From Nostoc sp. (lineage in GTDB: Bacteria; Cyanobacteriota; Cyanobacteriia; Cyanobacteriales; Nostocaceae), in contig JBALDB010000002.1 in NCBI GenBank assembly GCA_036918135.1, positions 239,633 through 303,632 on the forward strand: a stretch of 64,000 nucleotides of DNA. Reading direction: 5' to 3'. The notes under the pieces are model-generated. The model saw only the letters and a program-made list of their open reading frames with translations, made no database searches and was not told the DNA's origin. The number at the start of each line of letters is the position of its first letter. The stretch's first letter is position 1. Both the position numbers and the translations under genes were made by a program. This document shows positions 21,620-32,736 of the stretch, piece by piece.

Positions 21620-23140
21620 TTAGTGTAAAAAGTGACGTAGACCAGTCAACATCATAACTAAACCCAGGTCATTAGCAGCTTTAATGGAATCTTTATCGCG
21701 CACACTTCCACCTGGTTGAACAATGGCTGTAATTCCAGCTGCAGCGGCTGTTTTGACTGAATCATCGAAGGGGAAGAAGCCATCGCTGGCGAGAGTTGCG
21801 CCTTTAGCTTTTTCTCCGGCTTGTTCTAGGGCAATTTTCACTGAACCGACGCGGTTCATTTGACCAGCACCTACTCCTAGTGTAGTGCGATCGCTTGTCA
21901 CAACAATCGCATTCGATTTAACATGTTTGCAAACCTTCCAAGCAAACAGCAATTCGGCTAACTCGTCGGCGGTGGCTTGACGTTCGCTCACCACTTGCCA
22001 TTGACTAGTATCAGCGGTAATGTCATCGCTAGTTTGAACGAGAAAACCACCTGCGATCGCTTTTACTGTTTCTTTGGCTCCACTGCTCAAATCTGGTAAA
22101 ATCAAAACTCGCACGTTAGATTTTTTGCCTAAAATTTCTTGGGCATCCGCTTCACAACCTGGTGCAACCACACATTCTAAAAATGTTTTAGTCAACTCGC
22201 TGGCTGTAGGTGCATCTATGGGACGGTTGAGTGCCACAATTCCACCAAAGGCAGAAGTAGAATCAGCGTTAAAAGCTTTTTGATATGCTTGTAAAATAGT
22301 ACTTCCCAGCGCCGTACCACAGGGATTTGTATGTTTAATAATCGTCGCTGCTGGTGTATCAGTAAATTCTGCAATAATTTGGCGTGCAGCTTCTAAATCA
22401 ACCAAGTTATTGTAACTCAGTTCTTTGCCTTGGAGTTTGGTTGCAGCGGGCCACCCCGTTGGCGTAGCACCAGTTTGATACCAAGCAGCGGGTTGGTGGG
22501 GGTTTTCGCCGTAACGCAGAGATTGTAATTGTGTGCCGCTGAGGTTGTAGTTTTGTGTGCCTGCGAGGTAAGATGCAATGGCGCGATCGTAACTAGCAGT
22601 ATGTAAAAATCCTTTTAAAGCTCCCTTTTGACGAAACTCTAAGGATGCTTCGCCGTTATTTTGCCGTAATTCTTCTAAATATTCATCATATTGTGTTGGG
22701 TCACATAATACGGTCAGATGAGCAAAGTTTTTCGATGATGCGCGCAACAATGCTGGCCCACCAATATCAATCTGTTCAACGGCTTCAGCAAATGTCACCC
22801 CTGGTTTAGCAACAGTCTCCTCAAAAGGATAAAGATTCACTACCACTAAATCAATCGGGCGAATTTGGTTATTTTCTAAATCTATAGTATCTTGGGGAAC
22901 ATCCCGCCGTGCCAAAATTCCGCCGTGAATTCGGGGATGCAGCGTTTTCACTCGACCACCTAAAATTTCTGGTGAACCTGTGTAATCAGCAACCTTGGTA
23001 ACTGGGAGTCCAGCATCTTTGAGGGCTTGGGCTGTTCCTCCACTACTTATTAAATCAAAGTCGAATCCTTCAACCAAACTACGGGCTAGGTCGATTAAAC
23101 CAGTTTTATTAGATACACTCAGCAGGGCTAGACGCGCCAT
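21620..23140 (-). CDS. purH: Bifunctional AICAR transformylase/IMP cyclohydrolase
   Basis: ALLSVSNK, GRVKTLHP, IDIGGP, LRYGENPHQ, ASDGFFPF, RHFLH. Confidence 0.97.
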   Translation of the reverse strand: MARLALLSVSNKTGLIDLARSLVEGFDFDLISSGGTAQALKDAGLPVTKVADYTGSPEILGGRVKTLHPRIHGGILARRDVPQDTIDLENNQIRPIDLVVVNLYPFEETVAKPGVTFAEAVEQIDIGGPALLRASSKNFAHLTVLCDPTQYDEYLEELRQNNGEASLEFRQKGALKGFLHTASYDRAIASYLAGTQNYNLSGTQLQSLRYGENPHQPAAWYQTGATPTGWPAATKLQGKELSYNNLVDLEAARQIIAEFTDTPAATIIKHTNPCGTALGSTILQAYQKAFNADSTSAFGGIVALNRPIDAPTASELTKTFLECVVAPGCEADAQEILGKKSNVRVLILPDLSSGAKETVKAIAGGFLVQTSDDITADTSQWQVVSERQATADELAELLFAWKVCKHVKSNAIVVTSDRTTLGVGAGQMNRVGSVKIALEQAGEKAKGATLASDGFFPFDDSVKTAAAAGITAIVQPGGSVRDKDSIKAANDLGLVMMLTGLRHFLH

Positions 23141-23214
23141 TGATCGATTCCTCAAAGTGGGCTAGAAGCGAAGGATCTCAAGTTTTGCATAAGCCTTGTT
23201 TCACTTCAAGACCA

Positions 23215-23637
23215 TTAGAAAATATAATCAGGCTCTTTCCATATATTTCGGGTGTTATCAACTATTTCTTCTTGAATAGCTTCAGCCATCAAATCTTCTT
23301 CTTGTTCAATTTCATTTAATTCTTCGTCCGATACATCAAGTTCTTTTTTAGCAAAGACTCGTCTAGCTTTTCTATCTAAAATTTCAACAATATTGGTTTT
23401 ATCCCTTTTAATAGCTTCAATATCATCTTTTTGTAACAAAATCATATAGTAGCGAGATACTTCCATCATTCTGTATGCATACTGGTAAGCATCTCTTGTA
23501 AACTCACCAGTTGTTACAACCATTACTACATCTGCGCCTGTAACAAATGTCAATCCAATTTCTTTAGCTAAGACATCAATTATCTACCTTGTTTGTGTTT
23601 TTGCATTTAATCTGCCATCGGCTATAAACAAATCTAT
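23215..23637 (-). pseudogene. C-terminal remnant of an Mrr-like (PD-(D/Q)xK) restriction endonuclease, frameshifted
   Basis: RFVYSRWQIKCKNTNKVD in the MTase frame continues, after one extra A at ~23580, as IDVLAKEIGLTFVTGADVVMVVTTGEFTRDA; N-terminal part absent. Confidence 0.65.
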
Positions 23638-24679
23638 TTTCTAATGAAACTGGTGGTAGATCTGCTGTGGGTTCAACAACCAAAGGAGCATTTTCTTCAA
23701 ATCTTAATTTTGAGCTTTTAATATAGTCTTCATCAATCTCAAAAGCTAACCAACGTCTTTGTAAGGTTTCTGCAATCCGGCCTGTCATATTAGAACCAGC
23801 GAAAGGATCTAAAACAATATCGCCTGGTTCTGTACAAAGATTGATAATAAACTCTGGTAAAGCTTGAGGAAATCTTGCTGGATGTGGTTTAAAACCTTCT
23901 TCTTTACACCGCCTTTGATAATAATCATTAGAAGCCGTATTAGAGGCAGAAATTACATTTACTGACTGTATTGAATCTTCAAATGTAATTTCTTCTAAAA
24001 AAGTCGGTTGTCCTATTTCTTCCTTATCTGCATTGCAACGTCCATCAATAATATTAGGAGGAATAGCTCCTCCTCTGTCCTTTCCAAATTTATTGGAGAT
24101 ATCATGACCAGAGGGTCTTAGTTTAGGTTTGTATCCATTCTTCAAAAGGCTTTTCATCGCATCGCTGTAAGGCTTTAAAACCCTTCTATTGTTAGCTTTA
24201 GGATGAGGATCTTTGGAAAGCCACCAAACTGTATTTACTGAATCCTTTACTCTTTCCCTACGAACTGTTACCCATTCAGCCGGAGTAGGAAGTTTTGCTG
24301 GATTATACCAATATAATTCTTGTGCTAAATAAAACCCAAGTCCGCCTTTTTCTTTTGCTTTGCACAGAGAAACAACCAGTTCAAAATGATAAAGAGAACG
24401 AACTGGCATTCCTTTAATCCAACTGCCACCAATATCAATAATTAGTGAACCTGTTGGTTTAAGAATACGGTAAAATTGTGATGCAAAATCTTTAAACCAT
24501 TCTACATATTCTCCTGCATCAACATTTCCGTATTCTTTTTTACGAACCAGTGCAAATGGTGGAGACGTACAAATCAGGTCGATGCTTTCGTCAGGAATAC
24601 CTAGAATTAATTCTAGGCTGTTTCCCAAATAAGCTGCACCGAATCTTGTTTCGTAGTAAGGATTAGACTCAAGCCTCAT
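23576..24679 (-). CDS. Beta-class N4-cytosine DNA methyltransferase, M.PvuII-like (start uncertain)
   Basis: TSPPFALVRKKEYGN, WYNPAKLPTPAEWV, HPARFP and VLDPFAGS in beta-class motif order. Confidence 0.88.
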   Translation of the reverse strand: MRLESNPYYETRFGAAYLGNSLELILGIPDESIDLICTSPPFALVRKKEYGNVDAGEYVEWFKDFASQFYRILKPTGSLIIDIGGSWIKGMPVRSLYHFELVVSLCKAKEKGGLGFYLAQELYWYNPAKLPTPAEWVTVRRERVKDSVNTVWWLSKDPHPKANNRRVLKPYSDAMKSLLKNGYKPKLRPSGHDISNKFGKDRGGAIPPNIIDGRCNADKEEIGQPTFLEEITFEDSIQSVNVISASNTASNDYYQRRCKEEGFKPHPARFPQALPEFIINLCTEPGDIVLDPFAGSNMTGRIAETLQRRWLAFEIDEDYIKSSKLRFEENAPLVVEPTADLPPVSLENRFVYSRWQIKCKNTNKVDN

Positions 24680-25289
24680 ATCTTTTTTTAGTACTCTTGT
24701 ACTTTCCATGAAGACAGTATTATCCATAAAAGCATAAGTTTTCCAACTATTAATTATTTTTTTTATCAATTTGCTGGACGCGTAAAGCAATTCACGAGCT
24801 ATCAGCGCCTATTATATTACAGTTTTACTCGGTGAAATCACATATATTGTATTGAGATAAGAATGCTCTGGAAGCTTCCCCAAAACCTCACAGAATGATT
24901 ATATGTGTAGTAACACAGTATCGAACATTTCCTTGGGGAACTGTGGCAGGTAGACAGATTTTTACACAATTAGAAACAGTTTTTAGCAATCGCTATTTTA
25001 TGGCATCCAGTGAATTGAATCTGCTAAACACCATCCTGCTTGAAGATGAAGTAGATAACAAATAGTTTATGCACACCTAAGAATTACATGGCGATGCGAT
25101 TTGCTAGGTTTGCTGGCAGAAGCAGACGGCTTGTTTTAACGGACTCGCACTTTTAGCTAAGACCTAGCCTTTTTTCTAGGTTTTCTTGCTTATAACTTCA
25201 TGAGAAGATTGACCCAGTATTTAAACAAAGCTTAAACATAGTGTTTTTAAATACATCCTAAATCCTCAATTCAATAGGAGTGGCTAACG

Positions 25290-26039
25290 GTGGTAAATAG
25301 CGAACTCAAGAATAAAGTAGCCTTGATTACTGGGGCAAACAAGGGAATAGGATTAGAGATGAGTCGTCAACTAGGACAACATGGATTGACGATTTTGATC
25401 GCAGCCCGGAATTTAGAAGCAGCAAAAACGGCAGCCAGTAACTTGCACGATGAAGGAGTTTCAGCTGAAGCGATCGCTGTTGATGTAACTAACAGTACTC
25501 AAATCCAGTCTGCTTTTCAACAGATTAGCGACTCTTTTGGTAAGCTTGATATCTTGATTAATAATGCAGGCGTGTTTTTAGATGGCGACTGGTTAACCAG
25601 TAATGCCAGTTCTGTTTCAATAGACATTATTCGACAGACATTCAACACCAACTTTTTTGGCTTGGTGGAATTAACTCAAGTACTGCTACCGTTAATTTTG
25701 AAAAGTCCTAGTGGTCGAATTGTCAATATGTCTAGTATCGAAGGCTCATTGACACTTCATGCTACTCCCAATTCACCAATTTATGACTCTAAACCATTTG
25801 CTTACAATGCTTCTAAGGCAGCAGTCAACGCCTTCACCGTCCATTTAGCCCATGAGTTACGCAATACTCCTGTAAAAATTAATAGCGCTCATCCGGGTTG
25901 GGTGAAAACTGAATTGGGCGGTGAAGGCGCAATGACAGATATCGCAGAAGGAGCAAAAACTGGTGTTGAGTTAGCGATACTCCCTGACAATGGCCCTAGT
26001 GGTGGCTTTTTTCATCTTGGTCAACCAGTACCTTGGTAA
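25290..26039 (+). CDS. Short-chain dehydrogenase/reductase (carbonyl reductase-like)
   Basis: TGANKGIG, NNAG, YNASK, HPGWVKT. Confidence 0.92.
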   Translation: MVNSELKNKVALITGANKGIGLEMSRQLGQHGLTILIAARNLEAAKTAASNLHDEGVSAEAIAVDVTNSTQIQSAFQQISDSFGKLDILINNAGVFLDGDWLTSNASSVSIDIIRQTFNTNFFGLVELTQVLLPLILKSPSGRIVNMSSIEGSLTLHATPNSPIYDSKPFAYNASKAAVNAFTVHLAHELRNTPVKINSAHPGWVKTELGGEGAMTDIAEGAKTGVELAILPDNGPSGGFFHLGQPVPW

Positions 26040-26153
26040 AAAATTTAGCTAATAAGGTGGATGTCTGTGTGAAAGTGGCATCCGCTTGCTAAGACTTAAG
26101 TCTACTTCAAGAGATAGGATCTACTAAAAGAGTAAAATTTTAGGAGTAGACCT

Positions 26154-26774
26154 CTGTCTTTACAATTTATTAGTGTCCCTACAGTTAATTCTCAACCGCC
26201 CGCAGGTTTAATTGTCACTTTGCATGGTTGGGGTGCTAATGCTGAGGATGTAGCATCTTTGTTGCCTTTGCTCGACTTAGGTAATTACCAGTTTGTATTA
26301 CCTAATGCACCTTTTCCTCATCCTTATTCCTCTGTAGGGAGGGCATGGTATGAGTTGAGGGGAGAGAATATGTATCAAGGGTTAAAAGAAAGTCGGCAAC
26401 TGCTAACAGACTTTTTGCAATCTTTAGAGAGCAGTACTGGCGTGCCTTTGTCACGGACTATTTTGAGCGGATTTTCTCAAGGTGGGGCAATGACTTTAGA
26501 TGTCGGCTCGAAATTGCCTCTAGCAGGTTTAGTTGTGATGAGCGGGTATTTACATCCTGATGCACTAACAGCAGTTAAAGGTGGAATTCCCCCAATTTTA
26601 ATTACTCACGGCAGATATGATGAAGTTGTGCCCCTAAAAGCCGCGTGGAAAGCACGAGATACTGTAGAGTCTTTAGGAGTGGCAGTAGAATATCACGAAT
26701 TTGACACCGGGCATGGAATAGATCCACAAACGTTAAAGGTGCTACGCAACTTCGTTGTGAATACAATTAGTTAG
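26154..26774 (+). CDS. Phospholipase/carboxylesterase (alpha/beta hydrolase); probable non-ATG start
   Basis: LHGWG, GFSQGG, HGRYDEVV, GH. Frame is open from 26136 with no ATG/GTG; AGGAG precedes CTG at 26154. Confidence 0.85.
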   Translation: MSLQFISVPTVNSQPPAGLIVTLHGWGANAEDVASLLPLLDLGNYQFVLPNAPFPHPYSSVGRAWYELRGENMYQGLKESRQLLTDFLQSLESSTGVPLSRTILSGFSQGGAMTLDVGSKLPLAGLVVMSGYLHPDALTAVKGGIPPILITHGRYDEVVPLKAAWKARDTVESLGVAVEYHEFDTGHGIDPQTLKVLRNFVVNTIS

Positions 26775-26928
26775 TCAAGATTACGATTTTTTTATAAATT
26801 ATGGTATAAATGCGAAGAAATTTCACGAAATTAATGGCCTCTAATGATTAATATATATTGGGTGGCTGCGTTGAGCGCAACTTAACCCATGCTGAAGGCG
26901 AATGCTGCATAAGGGAGGGGCAAGCATT

Positions 26929-27141
26929 ATGACAACTCTAAGCATTTCCAGGAAAGAAATTGCTGCCATGACTACGGCAGATGTAGAACAGCTAGCTACA
27001 CGTTTAGAACTAGATAACTACAGTAATGCTTTTGAGGGTTTAAATGATTGGCATCTACTGCGAGCGATCGCATTTCAGCGTCCAGAGTTAGTCGAACCCT
27101 ACATTTATCTGTTAGACTTGGAACCCTACGATGAAGCGTAG
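26929..27141 (+). CDS. DUF2555 family small protein (IsiD-like)
   Basis: LATRLELDNY..FEGLNDWHLLRAIAFQRPELVEPY; GGAGG RBS; typical position next to coaBC. Confidence 0.75.
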   Translation: MTTLSISRKEIAAMTTADVEQLATRLELDNYSNAFEGLNDWHLLRAIAFQRPELVEPYIYLLDLEPYDEA

Positions 27142-27262
27142 TTGAGAGTAGAGACGTGATTAATCGTTGTAGAGACGCGATTAACCCTTGTCTGTTAGGA
27201 GTTGAATATTAATATTAGTAACTACTTGCTCTTAAGTTACTACTAACTCCTAACTTTTTACC

Positions 27263-28474
27263 ATGACTAATCCAAAATTAAACAGGGTTTTAGTTGCTAT
27301 AGGTGGCGGTATCGCCGCCTACAAAATCTGCGACCTGATTTCAAAGCTGTTTCAAACTGGCGTGGAAGTGCGAGTCATCCTCACCCGTTCGGCGCAAGAA
27401 TTTATCACGCCTCTGACTGTAGCAACCCTGTCTCGCCATCAAGCATACACAGATGATGATTTCTGGCAACCAACTTACTCTCGCCCCTTGCATATTGAGT
27501 TGGGCGAATGGGCAGATGTTATAGTAATTGCTCCCTTAACGGCTAATACATTAGCAAAGTTAGCCTACGGCATGGCTGATAATTTACTCACAAACACCGT
27601 GCTGGCTTCTACTTGTCCGGTGCTGTTAGCACCAGCAATGAATACGGATATGTGGGAACAATTATCAGTGCAACGAAATTGGCAACAGCTATTAATCGAT
27701 AGCCGATATCATGGCATGAATACAGCATCAGGTTTATTAGCGTGCGATCGCGTCGGTGCTGGTAGGATGGCAGAACCTCCAGAAATTTTGACCTACATCC
27801 AATCGCTGTTACACACCCAAGGCAAACGAGATTTGGTAGGTAAACGAGTGTTGATTAGTGCTGGCGGAACGCGAGAGCATCTTGACCCAGTGAGATTTAT
27901 TGGCAATCCTTCCACAGGTAAAATGGGATTGGCGCTATCCCAGGCAGCACTCCACCGAGGGGCAAGAGTGACTCTGGTGCATACTCCAGCTAATTGGGAA
28001 GCACCATTGGGAGTACAAGCAATTTCCGTCATTAGTGCAGACCAAATGCACCACGCTCTGCTGGAATATCTAGCCAACGCTGATATCATTGTTATGTCAG
28101 CAGCAGTGGCAGATGTCAAGCCGAGAGATTATAGTTCAGAAAAATTGCCTAAGCGATCGCTTCCCCAAGCTTTACCCTTGGAACCCGTAGCTGATATAAT
28201 TACCCAAATAGCAGAACTCAAACAGTCGCATCAAATATTAATTGGTTTTGCTGCACAAACTGGGGATATTGTCAATCCTGCGTTAGAAAAATTACAGAAA
28301 AAAAAATTAGATGCGATTGTTGCTAATCCCATCGATCGGGTTGATAGTGGTTTTGGCAGCGATCGTAATCAAGCGATATTTTTAGATAACCAAGGACATC
28401 AAGTAGAAATTGCACCTTGTTCTAAATTAGAAATGGGGCATCAATTATTTGATTTTGTGATTAGCAAATTTTAG
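27263..28474 (+). CDS. coaBC: Phosphopantothenoylcysteine decarboxylase/ligase
   Basis: [42 protein letters not shown]. Confidence 0.95.
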   Translation: MTNPKLNRVLVAIGGGIAAYKICDLISKLFQTGVEVRVILTRSAQEFITPLTVATLSRHQAYTDDDFWQPTYSRPLHIELGEWADVIVIAPLTANTLAKLAYGMADNLLTNTVLASTCPVLLAPAMNTDMWEQLSVQRNWQQLLIDSRYHGMNTASGLLACDRVGAGRMAEPPEILTYIQSLLHTQGKRDLVGKRVLISAGGTREHLDPVRFIGNPSTGKMGLALSQAALHRGARVTLVHTPANWEAPLGVQAISVISADQMHHALLEYLANADIIVMSAAVADVKPRDYSSEKLPKRSLPQALPLEPVADIITQIAELKQSHQILIGFAAQTGDIVNPALEKLQKKKLDAIVANPIDRVDSGFGSDRNQAIFLDNQGHQVEIAPCSKLEMGHQLFDFVISKF

Positions 28475-28584
28475 ATTTTCAATTTTGCCAAAAGTCAAAA
28501 ACTTAGGCATTCCTATATCAAAACTTTCTAAGACAGATTATGGATTAGAATATGAAACTTAAAATAAAGGTCTGTTAAACTCTT

Positions 28585-28732
28585 ATACCAATTAAATTAA
28601 TGATTGCAACACATCCTTGGTTCAAGACGCGACGCCAGTCGCTACAACGGGGGGAAAATACGCAACGCGCTGGCTCATGAATCGCGTCTCTACAAATGGT
28701 CTATTTGTCACATTCTTTTTTCAAATTGGTAT
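28585..28732. mobile_element. MITE-like element (ATACCAATT...AATTGGTAT) carrying nested short dispersed repeats
   Basis: Inverted termini; internal GACGCGA..TCGCGTC palindrome interrupted by CGCCAGTCGCTACAACGGGGGG..CGCGCTGGC. Confidence 0.5.
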
Positions 28733-29003
28733 TACTCTGTGCGTCTTTGCAACTCTGTGTGAGACAAATTATACAGCAGTTTGCAAATAAATGAGGTACA
28801 CAACTGGAGAATTCAATATAGAAATTATTCTTTTCCCTCCTGCCCTCTGCCGACGCTCGCGGACTCGCTAACGCTGCGCTATCCTGCCTCCTGCCTCAAA
28901 ACCATTAACTCTGTACTTCATGCAAATCAAAACTGCTGTATATCTTGCAGCAACACCCTAAAAAACTAACAAAATCATTCCGCTTTCTGTGCAACGCTGA
29001 AAA

Positions 29004-29777
29004 ATGAAACTAGCAACCTCACCATCCACTTGGCGTTTGATCCCAATGCTTCAAATATCAGGAGGAGTACAAATGGCGATTGACGCTTGGTTGTTCAACC
29101 AATGTGAAAACGGACAGCATCCGCCTACCTTACGTTTTTATACCTGGTGTCCCCCTGCGCTTTCCTTGGGACATCTACAAAAACAGTGGCCTGCCCAGTG
29201 GCATAATCTGATTTACCAAGGACAAACACTCGATTTAGTTCGTCGGCCAACGGGAGGTAGAGCTGTTCTCCACCAAGGAGACTTAACTTACGCTCTGATT
29301 ACCTCAGCTAGTACTGCAAAAAGTTGGGCTACTTATGAAAACATCTGTAACTATTTGATCCAAGGCTGGCAAAGGTTAGGTATTGAGTTACATTATGGTT
29401 CTGCTGCACGGGGTTACATTCACAATCCTAGTTGTTTTAATACAGCAACAGCAGCCGACTTAGTTACCACCGACGGAAGTAAATTTATTGGTAGTGCCCA
29501 ACGCAAGGGAAGAAATACTATTCTTCAACACGGCTCGATGATTTTATCTACAGACAAAGGTCTATTTGAAGAAATCTTTGAACAATCGGCTCCTTGGAAT
29601 ACCTCGCTTTGTAACACACGAGAACAGGATAGTTGGATTGTCAAGATTGTCGATACACTGACAGAGACCGCCAAACAGTACTTTGGTATAGAATTGGTCA
29701 CGCAACCATTCACAGAGCGAGAATGGCAGGATATTTTAAAATTGCGATCGCTTTATGAAGTGCGAATGCCAAGCTAG
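29004..29777 (+). CDS. Lipoate-protein ligase A / LipM family protein
   Basis: MAID, LRFYTW, RRPTGGRAVLH, KFIGSAQ, LQHGS. Confidence 0.9.
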   Translation: MKLATSPSTWRLIPMLQISGGVQMAIDAWLFNQCENGQHPPTLRFYTWCPPALSLGHLQKQWPAQWHNLIYQGQTLDLVRRPTGGRAVLHQGDLTYALITSASTAKSWATYENICNYLIQGWQRLGIELHYGSAARGYIHNPSCFNTATAADLVTTDGSKFIGSAQRKGRNTILQHGSMILSTDKGLFEEIFEQSAPWNTSLCNTREQDSWIVKIVDTLTETAKQYFGIELVTQPFTEREWQDILKLRSLYEVRMPS

Positions 29778-29874
29778 ATAAATTGGGCAGAGGACGGGTG
29801 ACGTTATACATTAATAAGTGTATCTGCAATACCGGACTTGTTCTGGCTCAGTTCTCAATAGCAAAGGTTTGGAG

Positions 29875-31362
29875 ATGTTTAGTTTATCAGAAACTTCTAT
29901 CCTAGCGGCAATCCTACTGGTAGCTTTAGGCATTTTGGGTTGGGGCTTTTATCGCGCCAGACCTTTTGGAAAGCTAGGAATCTTAGCCTGGTTACAGTCG
30001 GTGGTGTTGATGACTCCGTGGCTACTGTTTTTTGGATTGTTTGCCACAGGGATTTACATCAACATTGCAGGTATATTGTTCTTAGTCGTGACTTCTGCTG
30101 GATTGTACATCTACTTGGGCAGCCAGTTACGCAAAGCTGGGCAAGATGACATACTCAAGCAGCGGGCAACTCAAAGACTTGCCGTTGAGTCTGAGTCTCC
30201 ACCTGAAGAAAATTCTCCACAACCAGCAGTAATAGAACTCAAACCGCAGATCCCACCGATACCCGAAGATGACTTGAGCGCAATTAAAAGCATTTTCGGT
30301 ATTGATACATTTTTCGCCACAGAAACCATTCCCTATCAGGATGGAGCGATTTTTAAAGGCAATTTGCGAGGAGAACCAGAAGAAATTCACAACCGTTTGA
30401 GCGCGAGTTTGCGAGAACGGCTTGGCGATCGCTATCGTTTGTTTTTAGTCGAAAATACTGATGGTAGACCTGTGATGATTGTTCTACCCAGTCGCAGCGA
30501 TCCGCAACCGATGCGGTTATCCCAAAAAGCTTTTGCAGGTATTCTGTTACTAGCGACCATAGCCACAAACTTAGAAGCTGCGGGATTAGTGCTGAATTTT
30601 GATTTCTTTGCCAATCCCGGACGGTTTACAGAAGCTTTGCCTATAGGTGCTGGCATATTTACGATTTTAGTAGCTCACGAAATCGGTCATTGGTTACTGG
30701 CTCGCCGTCACAAAATCCGCCTTAGCTGGCCGTTCTTTCTACCTGCTGTGCAAATTGGCTCCTTTGGCGCAATTACCCGCTTTGAATCTCTATTACCCAA
30801 CCGCAAGGTATTATTTGATATCGCTTTGGCAGGGCCGGCCGCAGGCGGTATTATTTCTTTGGTAATGCTGATTGCAGGCTTGTTGCTTTCCCACCCAGGT
30901 AGTTTATTTCAATTGCCAAATCAGTTTTTCCAAGGGTCGATTTTAGTGGGAAGCTTGGCGCGAGTTGTGCTTGGTTCTGCCTTGCAATCATCTTTGGTAA
31001 GCGTTCATCCCTTAGTGGTGATTGGTTGGTTGGGATTAGTAATTACCGCTTTGAACTTAATGCCCGCAGGACAACTAGATGGTGGTCGCATTGTCCAAGC
31101 AATTTATGGACGCAAAACCGCTGGACGCGCAACTGCGGCAACTTTAATTTTACTAGTGTTAGTGTCTCTCGGTAATGTTCTGGCTATGTACTGGGCGATC
31201 GTGATTTTCTTGTTGCAACGAGATTTAGAACGCCCCAGCCTGAATGAAATTAGCGAACCTGATGATGCCAGAGCCGCTTTAGGTCTTTTGGCTTTATTCT
31301 TAATGATTACTACACTGTTACCCCTGACTCCCGCCTTGGCTGGGCGTTTGGGTATAGGATAG
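29875..31362 (+). CDS. Site-2 protease (M50) family membrane metalloprotease
   Basis: HEIGH, AGP, NLMPAGQLDGG; GGAG just before ATG at 29875. Confidence 0.9.
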   Translation: MFSLSETSILAAILLVALGILGWGFYRARPFGKLGILAWLQSVVLMTPWLLFFGLFATGIYINIAGILFLVVTSAGLYIYLGSQLRKAGQDDILKQRATQRLAVESESPPEENSPQPAVIELKPQIPPIPEDDLSAIKSIFGIDTFFATETIPYQDGAIFKGNLRGEPEEIHNRLSASLRERLGDRYRLFLVENTDGRPVMIVLPSRSDPQPMRLSQKAFAGILLLATIATNLEAAGLVLNFDFFANPGRFTEALPIGAGIFTILVAHEIGHWLLARRHKIRLSWPFFLPAVQIGSFGAITRFESLLPNRKVLFDIALAGPAAGGIISLVMLIAGLLLSHPGSLFQLPNQFFQGSILVGSLARVVLGSALQSSLVSVHPLVVIGWLGLVITALNLMPAGQLDGGRIVQAIYGRKTAGRATAATLILLVLVSLGNVLAMYWAIVIFLLQRDLERPSLNEISEPDDARAALGLLALFLMITTLLPLTPALAGRLGIG

Positions 31363-31973
31363 TACTCTGAGTCGAATGGTACTAAGATTCAGATGAACAG
31401 AGCTCAATGAGATATTTATTGTTAATACAAAACTTACACAAAAAAGTCGTCTGTTGAAACTGGATTAATGGTGGTTAGGGTATAGGGATTGTAAGGGTTT
31501 TGCTTACCTACGCCCTCACATCGCTATACCCCTTGTACAAATTCTTGATTTTTCGTATTACTGCGTAAGTCCTATAATAATTGAAGTAATTGAAGCTTGT
31601 TTAAAGGTAGATAATACACAATATTCGCTTTAATTCCTATCTAAACTTAAGAGCTAGTTTGGTAGTAACACTTAAAGATGTGCAAGCGATACCTACGGCA
31701 AACTTCGCGATCGCTCGTCATTCTGTAACCTTATACTACAGAATTAATATTCAAACATTTTCCCAAAACCTGCGTAAAACTCCCCAGCTTGTTCGTAGAA
31801 GGATTTAAAGAGGTAGGGGAGGAATCACCATGTGTCGATAAAAGTCCATGTACGGTATATTTTACCGTTTATCTCGGTTGGTTGCGATTCCTGCGGAAAG
31901 CTGACGCTAACGCCATGATTTACTTTGCGATCGCGATTTCCACAAATCAAATGACCACAGTATTTATGTATCT

Positions 31974-32507
31974 ATGATGACAACAGAATACCAAACTTTC
32001 GAGGTACAGCAGGAGATGCCGATAGGTGATGAATTAGACTTGCAGTTGCGTCAGCTAGTCTACGCAGCGCAGCAGCATCCCGCAAAAAGTGCAAAACGAA
32101 GGAAAATATTAAATCAATTGATTGGCAAAATTCAAAATTCAGGGAAGTTAACAAGGTTTTACAAATATCGATATTTGCTTAATTTTGAAGATATTTATAG
32201 CGAAGCGGAAGCAAACACCTATCTTGAAATTTGCAACACAATTGAAGATTATCGTCCAGAATATCTCGTTATGGCTTGGGTAAATCAATTATTTTATTGG
32301 CGATTTCATGATGTTAAAAGGAAGTACAGAAATCAACAATCCAAAATATTATCCCTTGATGATGAAAATGGGGAAAAAGTAGATGCTGTTATTTCTCGAC
32401 AGAGTGATAATTTGGTGGAAATAGCATTAAGTGCAGAATTAAATGAAAGATTTAGCGTTGAGATAATTTTAGATGAGTCAAAAGTTACACAGGAATTTTT
32501 AGTATGA
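31974..32507 (+). pseudogene. Truncated sigma-70-like regulator apparently fused to a DUF1822-like C-terminal tail
   Basis: N-terminus resembles cyanobacterial sigma-like proteins (AQQHPAKSAKRRKILNQL, VMAWVNQLFYWRF); tail DNLVEIALSAELNERFSVEIILDESKVTQEFLV resembles a DUF1822 end; no HTH region. Confidence 0.5.
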
Positions 32508-32736
32508 TTTTGTAGAGCGTGTTAATGCCGAAAGTACGCTATCTAAATTATGTATTTTGGGTGCGTTGAGCAGATTCGTCTTAATACACCTAGATTTTAT
32601 ATTTTTCAGGTTGAGCTAATGAGCTAACTACTATATATTTGGGACATTAACAAGTCTTAAAAACTCATCCTGCTATTTAAATTATCTGCTTATTGAGCAG
32701 GAAATTATATCAAAAATATATAAAATTGTATTAACT

